From contig CAVUKN010000005.1 in NCBI GenBank assembly GCA_963742105.1, positions 1,775,884 through 1,839,883 on the forward strand: a stretch of 64,000 nucleotides of DNA, read 5' to 3'. This DNA comes from an uncultured Acidobacteriota bacterium (GTDB taxonomy: Bacteria > Acidobacteriota > Vicinamibacteria > Vicinamibacterales > UBA2999). The translations under genes and the position numbers were made by a program. Positions within the stretch are counted from its first letter, which is position 1, and each line of letters starts with the position of its first letter. The notes beneath the pieces were generated by a model. It saw only the letters and a program-made list of their open reading frames with translations. It was not told the DNA's origin and searched no databases. This document shows, in pieces, positions 41,557 to 52,157 of the stretch.

Positions 41557-42505
41557 TTACAGCGGCGCGACGGCGATGTCCCCGATCTGCTTTTCGCCGT
41601 CGACACCGTTGCCCGTGGCGCGACGTAGCGTCACGCCGTGCCACGACGTATCTGCAGGCACGCGAACGCCATCGGTCACGATTGTGTCTCGCAGCACCGC
41701 GCCCGCCTCGACCACCACGTCGTCCCACAGAATCGACCGATGCAGCTGGGCAGTAGGGGCGATCCGGCACTTCGCCCCGACGTCCATCGACGACACCCTC
41801 GCGAGCCGCCGATCAGCAGTGACGAATCGAGATAGTCGGCAGGCGTACCGATATCGAGAAATTCAGCGTCGCAGCGCCATGCGCGCACGGCGCCGGGACG
41901 CTGGGCGATGAGAGCGGGGTAGAGCGCCGCAACGGACTCGTACGGCGTGTCCGGCGGAACCGAATCGAAGGCAGACGCCTCCACGACCTGAAGCCCGATG
42001 AAGTGGTACGACGGCTGACCGGTGCCACGCAGAACGCGACCGGTGATGTAGCCGGCGCCATCCACCGCGAGGCCGTCGTACTTGTCGGGCTCGCTGTTGG
42101 GCACGACCGCCAGTGTTGCCAGCGCATCATGGTCCCGATGCGTCGGCAACGAGCGCACCGACGTCCGCGTCCGTCAGCGTGTCGCCATTCACGACGAGAA
42201 ACGGTGACGTCCCGAGCAGCGATCGTGCGCGCCGCGGTCCGCCCGCTGATCCGAGCAGCGGAGTCTCCCACGAATAGCGCACGCGCAATCCCAGCGTGCT
42301 GCCGTCACCGAGCCGTCGCGTCAGTGATCTCGGGCCGATGGTGCAGGTTGAGCACGGCCTCACGAACGCCTGCCGCCGCAAGTTTTCGCAGGATCCGTTC
42401 GGCGATCGCGATCCCGGCGACGGGGACAGCGCCCTTCGCACGGACCAGAGACAGGGGACGCAGCCGGGTCGCGTGGCCGGCGGTCAGCACGAGTGCGGGA
42501 AGCAC
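41557..42505 (-). CDS. sugar-1-phosphate nucleotidylyltransferase, MurU-like; 3 frameshifts near 42310, 42140 and 41800
   Basis: MLPALVLTAGHATRLRPLSLVRAKGAVPVAG (G-x-G-T-R-x-x-P-like), ..SWETPLLGSAGGP.., FLVVNGDTLTD, ..PDKYDGLAVD.. and FLDIGTPADYL, with a left-handed-helix-like tail. It ends 14 nt upstream of the kinase ATG. Confidence 0.6.
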
Positions 42506-42576
42506 GAGGAGTGGAACGGTGCGGAGACGACGGAGGGACCGGCAACCGCGTTCCCTCCGTAATCTCCGTCGTGGAC

Positions 42577-44153
42577 CTAGTCTTTCTTGACGATGACGAA
42601 CCGCTCCTGGCCCTGGTGAATCACGACCAGCGACGCCGAGCGGCCGGATACGACCTTGGCAAGTTCGCGCTGCGCCTCGGCCGAGTTGGTCACCGGCTGT
42701 CGGTTGACGTCGATGATCACGTCGCCAGGCTGCAGCCCCGCCCGCGCCGCCGCGCTGCTGGCATCGACATCGACGACCAGCGCGCCTCGCGTGTTGTCCT
42801 GCAGGCGGAGGCGGCGCGCCACGTCCGCCGTGATGTTGCTCAGCGACATCCCGAAGCCTGCCGTGGCCTCGTTCTGCGGCTCGTTGTTGTCATCGCGATT
42901 GCGGGTCTGCTGCGATTCCGCTTCGAGGTCGAGCTCGTCCACCGTGACGCTCAGCGTCTGCTCGCCGCTGCCGCGGCGCACGCGGATCGGCACCGTCGTT
43001 CCGGGCTTGGTCGCCATGACCATGCTGACCAGGTCGTCGTTCTTCTTGACCGGCTTGCCGTTGAAGGCCACGATCACGTCGCCCGGCTTCATGCCGGCCT
43101 TGTTGGCGGCCCCGCTCGGACTGACGCTGCGGACGAGCGCGCCTTCCGTGGTCTTCAGGCCGAGCGCCTCGATGTCGTCACGACGGATGGCCGAGACTTC
43201 CACGCCGATGCGGCCGCGTGTGATCTTGCCCGTGCGCAACTGCGGGAGCAGTTCGCGAACGACGTTGATCGGCATCGCGAAGCCGATGCCGATGTTTCCC
43301 TGGCGCGCCGCGTCGGTGTAGATCGCGGTATTGATCCCGACGACTTCGCCACGGACGTTCAGCAGCGGACCGCCTGAATTCCCCGGATTGATTGCCGCGT
43401 CCGTCTGGAGCATCTGCGCAAAACGCTGCTGCGTGGTTTCGAACGGACGCTGCGTGCCGCTGATGACGCCGACGCTCACCGTGTGGGCGAGGCCGAACGG
43501 ATTGCCGATCGCCATCACCCAGTCGCCCGCCTCCATGACCGAGGAGTCGCCGAACTTGATCTCCGGCAGCGAGTGGTTCGGCATCTCGGTGAGCTGGATG
43601 AGCGCGCTGTCGGTCAGCGGATCGCGGCCGATGATCTTGGCTGCGTATTCCTGGTCTTCACCTTCGCCGTAGAGCGAAACCTCGATCTTGTTCGCGCCCT
43701 CGACCACGTGGTTGTTGGTCAGGATGAATCCGGCCTTGTCGATGATGAAGCCGGTGCCGGCTGCCTGCACGGTCTGCTCGCGCGGCTGCCGCCCTTGACC
43801 CTGGCCCCCCTGGCCCTGGCCGCGGCCCTGGCCGCCGCCCCCGCCGCCGCCGAAGAAGCGGTCGAACAGGTCGTCGCCACCACCCCGCCGAAGAAATCAC
43901 TGAGGTCCTGCGCCCGTTGCTTGGACTCGGTGCGGATATTGACGACGGCCGGCGAGACGGCCTTCGCGATGTTGCGGAACGTCGCCGCGTCGACCGTGCC
44001 CGTCAGCGGCGCGCTGTTCATCGCCGGCGCCGCCACGGTCTGCGCCGAGGATTCCGGCGACAGTCCGAGCCGCGACGCAATCACCATCCCGACGGAGAGT
44101 GAAGCAATCGCGATCAGAACCGCGTAAAAGAGTGTCGTCTTCCGGTTGGACAT
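42577..44153 (-). CDS. htrA: HtrA/DegP-family periplasmic serine endoprotease with two PDZ domains; one frameshift near 43885
   Basis: Signal/TM MSNRKTTLFYAVLIAIASLSVGMVIA. Catalytic residues His (ILTNNHVV), Asp (DSALIQL) and Ser (TDAAINPGNSGGPLL), plus two PDZ regions. The shift lies in a Gly-rich linker where GGCGGGGTGG appears to lack one G. Confidence 0.9.
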
Positions 44154-44185
44154 CAGAGCCTCCGAACCATACGAGCCTAACAATT

Positions 44186-44290
44186 AACGAATTGATGAAT
44201 CTACGAATTTCCGACATTCAGAGGACCGGAGGGGCCCGGCGGGCGCACGCCCGAAAGGTGGCCGTTCGAAAATCCGTCAATTCGTCAATC
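44186..44290. repeat. weak inverted repeat E15 (ACGAATTGA core)
   Basis: AACGAATTGATGAATCTACGAATTTCC (44186-44212) versus GAAAATCCGTCAATTCGTCAATC (44268-44290). The arms match only partially, and the right arm overlaps the stop of the M24 peptidase gene. Confidence 0.35.
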
Positions 44291-45461
44291 TCACGATATC
44301 TGTCTGCCGCGGCCCGGTGACTTCCACTGTCCCTTCGCCGCGGAATACGTTGATTTCGGTTCGCACACCGAACGTGTCGAAATAGACACCCGGCTCTACG
44401 GTGAAGCCGGTCCCTGGCAGAATCCGCCGATCGTCGTGGGTTTCGTAATCGTCGAGATGGACCCCATTCCCATGGACGCTCTCACCCAGACTATGGCCGG
44501 TACGGTGCAGGATGTGCTGTGCATACCCGGCCTGCTCGAGAACCTCACGGGCGGCTCGGTCGACTTCCCACCCGCGCAGATCACGACCGCCCCCGGCTGC
44601 CGCTTCGACCAGTTGCACCGCGGCATCACGCGCGCGCGCGATGGCGGCGAAGGCCCGGCTGACCGGCGCCGGCGGCTCGGCACCCGTATAGGCCACCCAG
44701 GTGATGTCAGCAAAGACCGCGCCTGCGGTCGCTTGCTTCCCCCACAGGTCCAGGAGGAGGACGGTGTCCCCGGTGATCGGTGCCGAGGACCCCGCCGAGG
44801 GTAGATAGTGAGGGTTCCCAGCGTGCGGACCGACCGCGACCACCGGGTCGGAGTCGCTCACCAGGCCCTCCTCGACGAACCACCCGGCCATCTGTTGCTG
44901 CAGTGAATATTCGGTCATTTCGGCGCGGTCCCGCAGGGCCCTGGCCGCAGCCTCGAACGCTCGATCCTTGATTCGATACAGGGCGGCGGAGGCGGCGCGA
45001 TGGGTGTCCAGTTGCGCAGACGTCCAGGTGGCTTCGAACTGCTGGACGAGATCGCCTGATGACACAATTTCGACCCCACGCCGTCGCACGGCTTCGGCCG
45101 TCCCTGCATCGACGCGCGACAGATAGGGGATGGCACAGTCTGGTGAGTATTCCATCGCCACACGTCGGACGCCGCTCAGGAGCCGCGTCAACCCCGACTC
45201 GAGGTCCTGGCGCCGCGCGTACGCCATCTTCTCGCCGGGCAAGGCATCCAGGTTGTGCCGCTCGATGGCGTGCACCAGGCCACGCGGCGCACCGTTGGCC
45301 GGAATCAGGTAATACCAGCGGCGCGACGTCATGTGCCCGCCACCGTCGAGCCCGGCCAGGTGAGAGGCGATCGGGTTCGAACCGTGGAAGTCGTAGAGGA
45401 GCCAGCCGTCCAGCCCTTCCGTCCGAAGCGCCTCCTGAATGGCGGCGACGTCGAGCGCCAT
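44277..45461 (-). CDS. M24 family metallopeptidase (Xaa-Pro aminopeptidase-like)
   Basis: Pita-bread fold motifs: VLLLDLWG.., FADITWV, HRTGHSLGESVHG, GFTVEPGVYF and GVRTEINV. Intact. Confidence 0.75.
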   Translation of the reverse strand: MALDVAAIQEALRTEGLDGWLLYDFHGSNPIASHLAGLDGGGHMTSRRWYYLIPANGAPRGLVHAIERHNLDALPGEKMAYARRQDLESGLTRLLSGVRRVAMEYSPDCAIPYLSRVDAGTAEAVRRRGVEIVSSGDLVQQFEATWTSAQLDTHRAASAALYRIKDRAFEAAARALRDRAEMTEYSLQQQMAGWFVEEGLVSDSDPVVAVGPHAGNPHYLPSAGSSAPITGDTVLLLDLWGKQATAGAVFADITWVAYTGAEPPAPVSRAFAAIARARDAAVQLVEAAAGGGRDLRGWEVDRAAREVLEQAGYAQHILHRTGHSLGESVHGNGVHLDDYETHDDRRILPGTGFTVEPGVYFDTFGVRTEINVFRGEGTVEVTGPRQTDIVRLTN

Positions 45462-45509
45462 AGGTGATCAGTATAAGAGGGCGCACCCGCCCAGGTACAA
45501 TTCGACCCT

Positions 45510-47612
45510 ATGAAGCCGTGGTTGGTGGCGGTACTGGCCGTGTGTGCCGGCAGTGCTCTGCTTGCGCAGCAGGCGTCAGCACCACCCCCTGTCATCTTCC
45601 GCGCCGAAGTGAATTACGTGGAGCTCGACGCGATCGTCACCGACGCCCAGGGCAATGTCGTGTCGAATCTGACGGCGGCCGACTTCGACGTGCTTCGAAG
45701 ATGGCAAGCCGCAGAAGATCTCGACCTTCTGCGCACGTCGACCTGCCGATCGAGAAGGCGGAACGGCCGCTGTTCGCGAACGCACCGATTCAGCCGGACG
45801 TGCAGGCCAACCGCGCAGTCGAGGGGCGCATTTACCTGATTGTCCTCGACGACGAGAACACGGCCGTCGCCAGGACGCCACGGGTGAAGCGAACCGTCCG
45901 CCAGTTCATCGAGACCGCCATGGGTGTCAACGACGTGGCCGCCGTCGTGTACACCGGCCGCAACGACGCATCGCAGGACTTCACCAGCAATCCGCGGCTG
46001 TTGCTCGCAGCCGTCGACAAGTTCATGGGGAGAAAGCTCCCGTCGGCCACCTTGAACAAGCTCGATTCCGCCCGAGTCGATCCGACCACCGGCCAGCTGG
46101 TTGCCGGGCCGGACATCGACCAGGAGGAACGCTCGTACCGGGCGCGAACGGTCATGGGCTCGATCCGCAAGCTCTCGGAATTCATGGCGGGCGTACATGG
46201 CCGGCGCAAGGCGATGCTCTGGTTCGGCGAAGGAATCGATTACGACATCACGCAGATACTCGACTCCAGCGGCAGCATCGGCACGGTGGGCACCGGCGCC
46301 GGCGTGGTGCGCCCGAGTGCCGCGTCGACGATCGTGCTCGAAGACATCCGCAACGCGATCGCGGCGGCGCAGCGCAGCAACGTGGCGATCTACACCATCG
46401 ATCCACGAGGGTTGTTCAATCCCGGCGACGACCTGATCGAGGCGAGCGGCACCACGGACGACATCGGCATCCCCACCGCGGCGCTGCAGACGGAAGTCCG
46501 CAACGCCCAGGAGAACCTCCGGCAGGTCGCGGTCGACACGGGTGGTTTCGCGGTGCTCAACACCAACGATTTCGCCACCGCGTTCGACCGGATCATCCGC
46601 GAGAACAGCTCGTACTACCTGTTCGGCTACTACCCGACCAACGACAAGCGCGACGGGCGTTTCCGGAAGGTGCAGGTGCGTGTGAAGCGCCCCGGTCTGA
46701 TCGTTCGATCGCGCACCGGATACATCGCGCCGACCGGCAAGGCGCAGCCGCCTCCCGCCGGGAAGCCCGACGGAGCCCCACTCGTGGTCACCGACGCGCT
46801 CAGCAGCCCGTTGCCCGTGACCGGCATCCCGATGCGCGTATACGCGGGTCCGTTCAAGGGTGCGGCCCCCAACGCCGCCGTGGCGATCGTCACTCGAAAT
46901 CGATGCGTCGCATTTCGATTTCGTGCAGCGAGACGGGCTATGGGTGGAACAGGTGGACGTAATCACGCTGGCGATGAACGCCGCCGGCAAGAGCTTCCCG
47001 GGCGAGCGGCAGAAGCTGACGTTGACCTTGAAGCCCGAGACCTACGAGCGGGTCATCGCGAACGGTCTGCGGGTCGTGACACAGATGGATTTGCCGCCCG
47101 GCCGTTATCAGATCCGCGTCGCGGCCGGCAACGCCACGAGGGCAGGCAGCGTGCTCTATGACCTCGAGGTGCCCGATTTCAGCAAGGGACCGATTGCGCT
47201 CAGTGGCGTGGCGCTGACGTCGATGCAAGCGGCCAACGACATGGGCACTGTTCGTCCCAAGAATCCGCTCGGCGACTACCTGCCCGGGCCGCCGATCGCG
47301 ACCCGCGACTTCCGCCAGGGCGACACGCTGACGATCTTTGCCGAGGTGTACGAGAACGCGCGTAGCGCGCAGGCGCACCAGGTGGCGATCAAGACTGAAT
47401 TGCGCAGCGACGAGGGACGCGTGGTTGCGAACACCTCGGAGAGCCGCTCGTCGAGCGAACTGCAGGGGAAGAGCGGCGGCTACGGATTTACGTCCAACGT
47501 GCCGTTGGCCGGAGTCGCACCCGGCCTGTACGTCCTCCACGTCGAGGCGCAGTCGCAGATCGAAGGCGCGCCGACCGCTGCTCGCGACGTTCTCCTACGG
47601 GTAACGCCCTGA
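45510..47612 (+). CDS. VWA domain-containing secreted protein (VWFA-related acidobacterial-type); 3 frameshifts near 45696, 45730 and 46885
   Basis: Signal MKPWLVAVLAVCAGSALLAQ. N-terminal FRAEVNYVELDAIVTDAQGNVVSNLTAADFDVLEDGKPQKISTF (spans shifts). VWA core IYLIVLDDENT..AAVVYTG..NVAIYTIDPRG..GGFAVLNTND. Beta-rich C-terminus ..GLYVLHVEAQS... Confidence 0.6.
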
Positions 47613-47750
47613 GGAACGCCGATGGCTTGAAGCCTGCGGCGTCGCGTCACGGCGTGCAAGTGACAACTCAGTGGCGAAGCAGCACCGCGGGCCAGAGCTC
47701 CCGAAGCGGATTCCCACCCAACGCTCAGAAATCCAGCTCGGAGATCCGCC

Positions 47751-48149
47751 ATGGCAGACACGTTGCAGCGACCACCGACCATGCAGACCGTCGCCGTGAC
47801 CTCCACCGGCCTGACGCCACGCACCGCGGCGACGCTGACGTATCTCTCGTGGTGGGTCACCGGGGTGCTGTTCTGGCTGGTCGAGCGAGACGATCGGTTC
47901 GTGCGTTTTCACGCCGCGCAGGCGGTGGTGGCGTTCGGCGCGATCTCGGTGATGATCGCCGTCTTCCTCGGGCTGGCGGCCGCGTCGCTCTCGTTCCTGC
48001 CGGCGGCGTTCAACCTGTTTCTCGCGGCGGCGGGCGTGACGTGGCTGGGCGGGATGGTGCTCTGGCTGACGACGATGTGGAAAGCGGCGAACGGGGAAGC
48101 GTTTCGCCTCCCGCTCGCCGCTGACTGGGCCGACAGGATCAATTCATGA
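47751..48149 (+). CDS. DUF4870-like small membrane protein
   Basis: ..ATLTYLSWWVTGVLFWLVERDDRFVRFHAAQAVVAFG.. plus two further TM segments. This pattern is typical of the DUF4870 family. Confidence 0.5.
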   Translation: MADTLQRPPTMQTVAVTSTGLTPRTAATLTYLSWWVTGVLFWLVERDDRFVRFHAAQAVVAFGAISVMIAVFLGLAAASLSFLPAAFNLFLAAAGVTWLGGMVLWLTTMWKAANGEAFRLPLAADWADRINS

Positions 48150-48227
48150 TTTGTGATTTGTGATTTGCGATTTGAACGGGCCTCGCCGTGCCTCCAATCA
48201 CAAATCACAAATCACAAATCGCAAATG
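48147..48227. repeat. heptad-array hairpin E12 (TGATTTG/CAAATCA flavour)
   Basis: TGATTTGTGATTTGTGATTTGCGATTTG ..loop.. CAATCACAAATCACAAATCACAAATCGCAAATG. It fills the convergent junction 48149/48230. Confidence 0.85.
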
Positions 48228-48229
48228 AC

Positions 48230-48665
48230 CTAGGGCAGCTTCGGCACCTTCGTCGGCTTGACCGTGCCGTTCGCGTGGCTGAACTTGTAGTTGTTGTTCC
48301 GTTCCTTGCCGCGTCAGCGGGTCGGTCAGCGTGATCGTGATGATTTCGTCCGGCTGAATCGGCTTCGGGTTGCGGAAGGTGTCGCCACCGACCACGGTGC
48401 CCTTGGCGTCGTACCAGAACTCCTCGATCTTGAAGCCGGCGATCGGCTGCTTGGACAGGTTCTTGACCTTGAAGGTGGTGACGAGTTCCTTGGCCGTCCG
48501 CTTGACTTCCGGCGCGGTCATCGCGATCTGTGCCTCACCGCGCAGCGCAGGCTGAAGCTTGGGTGGCGCCGCGGGCGTCTGTCCAGCGGCCAGTCCGGCT
48601 GAACCCGCAACGGTAATGAGCGCCGCGGCCGCCATGGCGAGCAGCGTCTTGCTATGACCTGTCAT
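48230..48665 (-). CDS. secreted protein, unknown function; one frameshift near 48290
   Basis: Signal MTGHSKTLLAMAAAALITVAGSAGLAAG. Then ..FKVKNLSKQPIAGFKIEEFWYDAKGTVVGGDTFRNPKPIQPDEIITITLTDPL... The tail ERNNNYKFSHANGTVKPTKVPKLP* lies in the next frame (stop 48230-48232). Confidence 0.45.
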
Positions 48666-48699
48666 CTATGCCTCCCGAAAGTGTCGGAATTATAGGCAC

Positions 48700-49164
48700 T
48701 TACATCTCTCCGTTCCAGTCCTCTGGCTCCGGCGCCGCGGACCGGAAGATCTCGAGATGCCATTTGCCGCCGCCCCACGGCTCGATCACTTCCGTGGCGA
48801 CCACGTCGACGAGGATCTCGGCGAACGATCGCCCCTCGGGATCCCCTTCCAGGTGATAGGCCGCCTCGTCCCACGCGAAATTCGGGTACAGCACCATCGT
48901 CAGGAACAGGTCATAGCCGTCGTCGACGACGATGATCTGGCCGCAGGGACGCTTGATGGTCGAGTGATAGATGAGGTATTTCTCCGCGCTGTGAGCGCGG
49001 ATATAGCGCTTCAGCGCAAATTCGCGTGCGACGATCTCCTCGACGGCGATCTTCTTTTCCCAGCAGTCGCGGCAGTATCGTTCCTCGCCGCGCGGCTCCG
49101 ACACATCCTTCGCCCCGCAGAGGGCACACTTCGACTTCGCCAGGTTCGATTTCCGAGGGGGCAT
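48700..49164 (-). CDS. hypothetical cytoplasmic protein with N-terminal zinc-ribbon-like CxxC..CxxC
   Basis: MPPRKSNLAKSKCALCGAKDVSEPRGEERYCRDCWEKK.. followed by an acidic, W-rich domain (..YPNFAWDEAAYHLEGDPEG..EPWGGGKWHLEIF..EPEDWNGEM*). I recognise no family. Confidence 0.4.
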   Translation of the reverse strand: MPPRKSNLAKSKCALCGAKDVSEPRGEERYCRDCWEKKIAVEEIVAREFALKRYIRAHSAEKYLIYHSTIKRPCGQIIVVDDGYDLFLTMVLYPNFAWDEAAYHLEGDPEGRSFAEILVDVVATEVIEPWGGGKWHLEIFRSAAPEPEDWNGEM

Positions 49165-49177
49165 TCACGGACATTAT

Positions 49178-49262
49178 AGGCTTCGGGCTTCAGGCCTCGG
49201 GCTGCGGGCGGAGTCCGAAGGCGCCACCCAGCCCACAGCGGGTCCGCGTTGCCAGAGGTCGG
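49178..49262. repeat. weak heptad array E16 (GGCNNCG units)
   Basis: AGGCTTC GGGCTTC AGGCCTC GGGCTGC GGGCGGA, followed by a partially complementary CCGAAGGCGCC..CCCAGCCCACAGC. Confidence 0.35.
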
Positions 49263-49276
49263 GACGCCCGCGACCA

Positions 49277-50512
49277 TCACGTCTTGATGATGCCCAAGCG
49301 GCCTGGGCGCGGCGTAGCCGGGAATGATCCTGGGCAGCGCGGTTGCGGGCGCACCGAGGTGTGCCGTGACGATCTCGGCGAAGACGTCACGGAAGTCGGT
49401 GGTGACCGCGAGGTCGCGCGACTTCGAATCGCTGCTCGGAGCGCAGACCCGGCCACTTGCCGTAGACGCGGCCGCCCTTGACCGGACCGCCGATCAGCAT
49501 CATCGCGTTGCCGTGTCCGTGGTCGGTGCCGCCGTTGCCGTTCTCCGACGCGGCGCGGCCGAACTCCGACATCGTCAGGATCACCGTGTCGGCCATGCGA
49601 TCGCCGAGGTCGCGCGGTCAGCGCGTCGAGACCGCGCGCGAGGTCGTCGAGCCGTCCGGCCAGCTGTCCGTTGTCGGATCCCTGGTTGACGTGCGTGTCC
49701 CAGCCGGTCGATTCGGCGAACGCGACTTCGAGCCCGACGTTGGCCTTGGCGATACGGGCGATCTCCTGCAGCGCGCGGCCGAACGGCGTCCGCGGATAGT
49801 CAGCGCCGTTCGCCGGCTGGTACGACCCGGCGGTCGCCTTCTGCAGCACGCTCATGGCCTCGAACGCCTCGCGCGCGCTGGCGCCGAGCAGCGAATCGGC
49901 CGTGCGCGAGTAGCTGTCCTCGATCGCTCGCGCCGATCCCATCGTGTCGCGGACCGCGAACTCGTCGACGCCCGGGAACGGCCAGCGTCGCCGCGCGCCC
50001 CTGCATCGTCCGCGGCGTCTGGCGCGTCACCGCGACGCCCTGCAGCGGCGTCGTGCTGTTGGTCGCCTGCAGATACCGGTTCAGCCAGCCGTCGCGCGTG
50101 CTCTTCACGCCGGGCGTCGCCGACTCCATGTAGTCCTGCGCGTCGAAGTGCGATCGCGTCGAGTCGGGCGAGCCGCAGGCATGAATCGCCGCGAGCAGTC
50201 CCGTTGTCCCAGAGCGGCTTGAGCGGCGCCATCCGCGGGTGGAGGCCGAAGAAGCCGTCGAGATCGACGGCGCCGTTGTCGCGGCCCGGCCTGCGCGATG
50301 CCGATCGACGGTCGCAGCCGGTAGTAGTCGGCTTCGCCGAACGGCACCAGCATGTTCAGGCCGTCGAGCGCGCCGCGCTGAAAGACGGCGATCAGCAGGC
50401 GCTTGCGGGCATCGGCCGCGGCGGCGGCGCGAGTCAGGAACCCGGGCGCGAAGCCGAGCGAGAGCATCGCCGCGGCGCCCGACTTGATGAAGACGCGTCG
50501 TGTGGTCGTCAT
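49277..50512 (-). CDS. DUF1501 domain protein with Tat signal; at least 6 frameshifts
   Basis: MTTTRRVFIKSGAAAMLSLGFAPGFL (twin-Arg signal). LLIAVFQRGALDGLNMLVP, AIHACGSPDSTRSHFDAQDYME, ESTGWDTHVNQG and MSEFGRAASENGNGGTDHGHGNAMMLIGGPVKGG. The pieces are scattered over ORFs 50105..50512, 49852..50232, 49800..50591, 49277..49942 and 49387..49596. Confidence 0.7.
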
Positions 50513-50527
50513 AAGAAGTCTGACTCG

Positions 50528-50620
50528 TGCAATCGTGAATCGTGAATCGTGGTCGCGAATCGAATCGAATCACGGAGCTCCGTCCCGACATTCACGATTC
50601 ACGATTCACCATTCACGATT
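50528..50620. repeat. heptad-array hairpin E13 (GAATCGT/ACGATTC flavour)
   Basis: GCAATCGTGAATCGTGAATCGTGGTCGCGAATCGAATCGAATCAC ..loop.. CATTCACGATTCACGATTCACCATTCACGATTGG. Confidence 0.85.
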
Positions 50621-52067
50621 GGTTTCACCGTCTCTGAAACTCCGGTCCGCCGATCGACGGTCGCCTGCTGCGGCCCCGCAATCCGCTGCGCGATGTTCAT
50701 CCGCGCCACGAGGCGCGCCGGCCGAGACCCAGGTGTCCGCCGTGTCGTCGTAGCCCGTCGGCGGCTGGCACATGTAGAGCGGCATGCCCATCTGCATCAG
50801 CGCGTTCAGCAGCTGGCGACCGTCGCCCGGCACGTCGCGGCCGGTCGCCCGCATGGCGCTGGCGAGGAACTCGAGCGGCGTCTTGACCTTGGCGCCGCGC
50901 GCCGCGAAGAACTCGTCGGACGTGATGATCGTGCTTGACGACTTCGCGCAGGTCGCCGTCGGTGTCGCGGAATTTCTTCGCGGCGCGATCGACGAGCGCC
51001 TTCGGCGGCTCATCGCTGACGAAGCGCTGCGCCAGCTCGAAGGCGATGTGATGCGCGGTCGCCGGATGTCGCGCGACGATGTCGAGGACCTGCTCGCCGT
51101 CCTCGATGCCGCCGCCGGCCTTGATCTTGTGGCCGAGGACGATCTTCTCGCCGGTGTCGTGCAGCATCGGCGCGAACCGGAACTCGCCCTCCTGTACCGC
51201 CCCGGCGCCAGCTGCGGCCTGCCGGCCACGTCGCGCCGGACGGGCTGCCGCCGGTTGACCTCCGGCTGCCTGGTTGGCCGGCGCGATCGTCCAGCCGGTG
51301 AACGCCCGGGCCACTTCGATGATGTCCTTCTGGGTGTAGCCGCCGTCGACGCCGAGCGTGTGCAGTTCGAGCAGTTCGCGGCCGTAGTTCTCGTTGAGGC
51401 CACGGCGGCGCTGCTGGCGCTGCTGGGCCCGGCGGCGGTTGGCGCCACCGCAGCCGCGCTGCACGCTGCCGCTGCAGTTCCTGCTGCCGTTCGGCAGCCG
51501 CCGGATCGGCGCTCAGCCAGTTGTCGAGATAGAAGAGCATCGCCGGGCTCTTGGCCGTCGCCTCGAGCAGGTCGCGGAACTTGCCGAAGACATGCGGACG
51601 GATCGCGTGCCGTTCGTAGTCGGCGATCCATTCGGACGTCCGACCCTTGCCGGCGAAGACGTTGAAGTGGTTGAACCAGAAGTCGACGAGCTGTTCTTCG
51701 AGCTGACGTTCGCTGTAGATGGCACGGATGACCTTTTCGGCGCTCAAGGCCTGCACCGACTGCGCGGCCCCAGCGCCGCGCCTCCATCTGGTCGGCGAAA
51801 TTGCTCGGGCCGTGCCGGCTGTTCCGGCAGCCGCGCCTTCAGCGCGCTGTCGTCGATGCCGTCCGGATGCAGCTGCTGGTCGATCCAGGTCGACAGCCCG
51901 ATCTGCTGAACCCGCTCGACGTCGCCCGGTCGCGGACCGTAGGCCAGACGGTTGAGTGCGTGCTCGACAGCCTCTCGGTCTTTCGGGACACCGGCGGCGC
52001 CGAGCGTCGACCCGGCCAGCACCGCGCCGAGCAGCAACGCTCCCGCCAGGATTCCTCGCTGCGTCAT
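50599..52067 (-). CDS. DUF1800 domain protein; at least 4 frameshifts, 3' end uncertain
   Basis: ATG 52067 is preceded by GAGGGTGG. Signal [89 protein letters not shown]-like [11 protein letters not shown] and MCQPPTGY. The partner DUF1501 gene lies immediately downstream. Confidence 0.7.
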
Positions 52068-52157
52068 AACCCACCCTCGCAGAAACTGCATCTGGGACAT
52101 TAGACGGCAGATTCTGCGCGGCGGCGAAGTCGGAAAAGTGTGAAGAATTTGTGCGCG

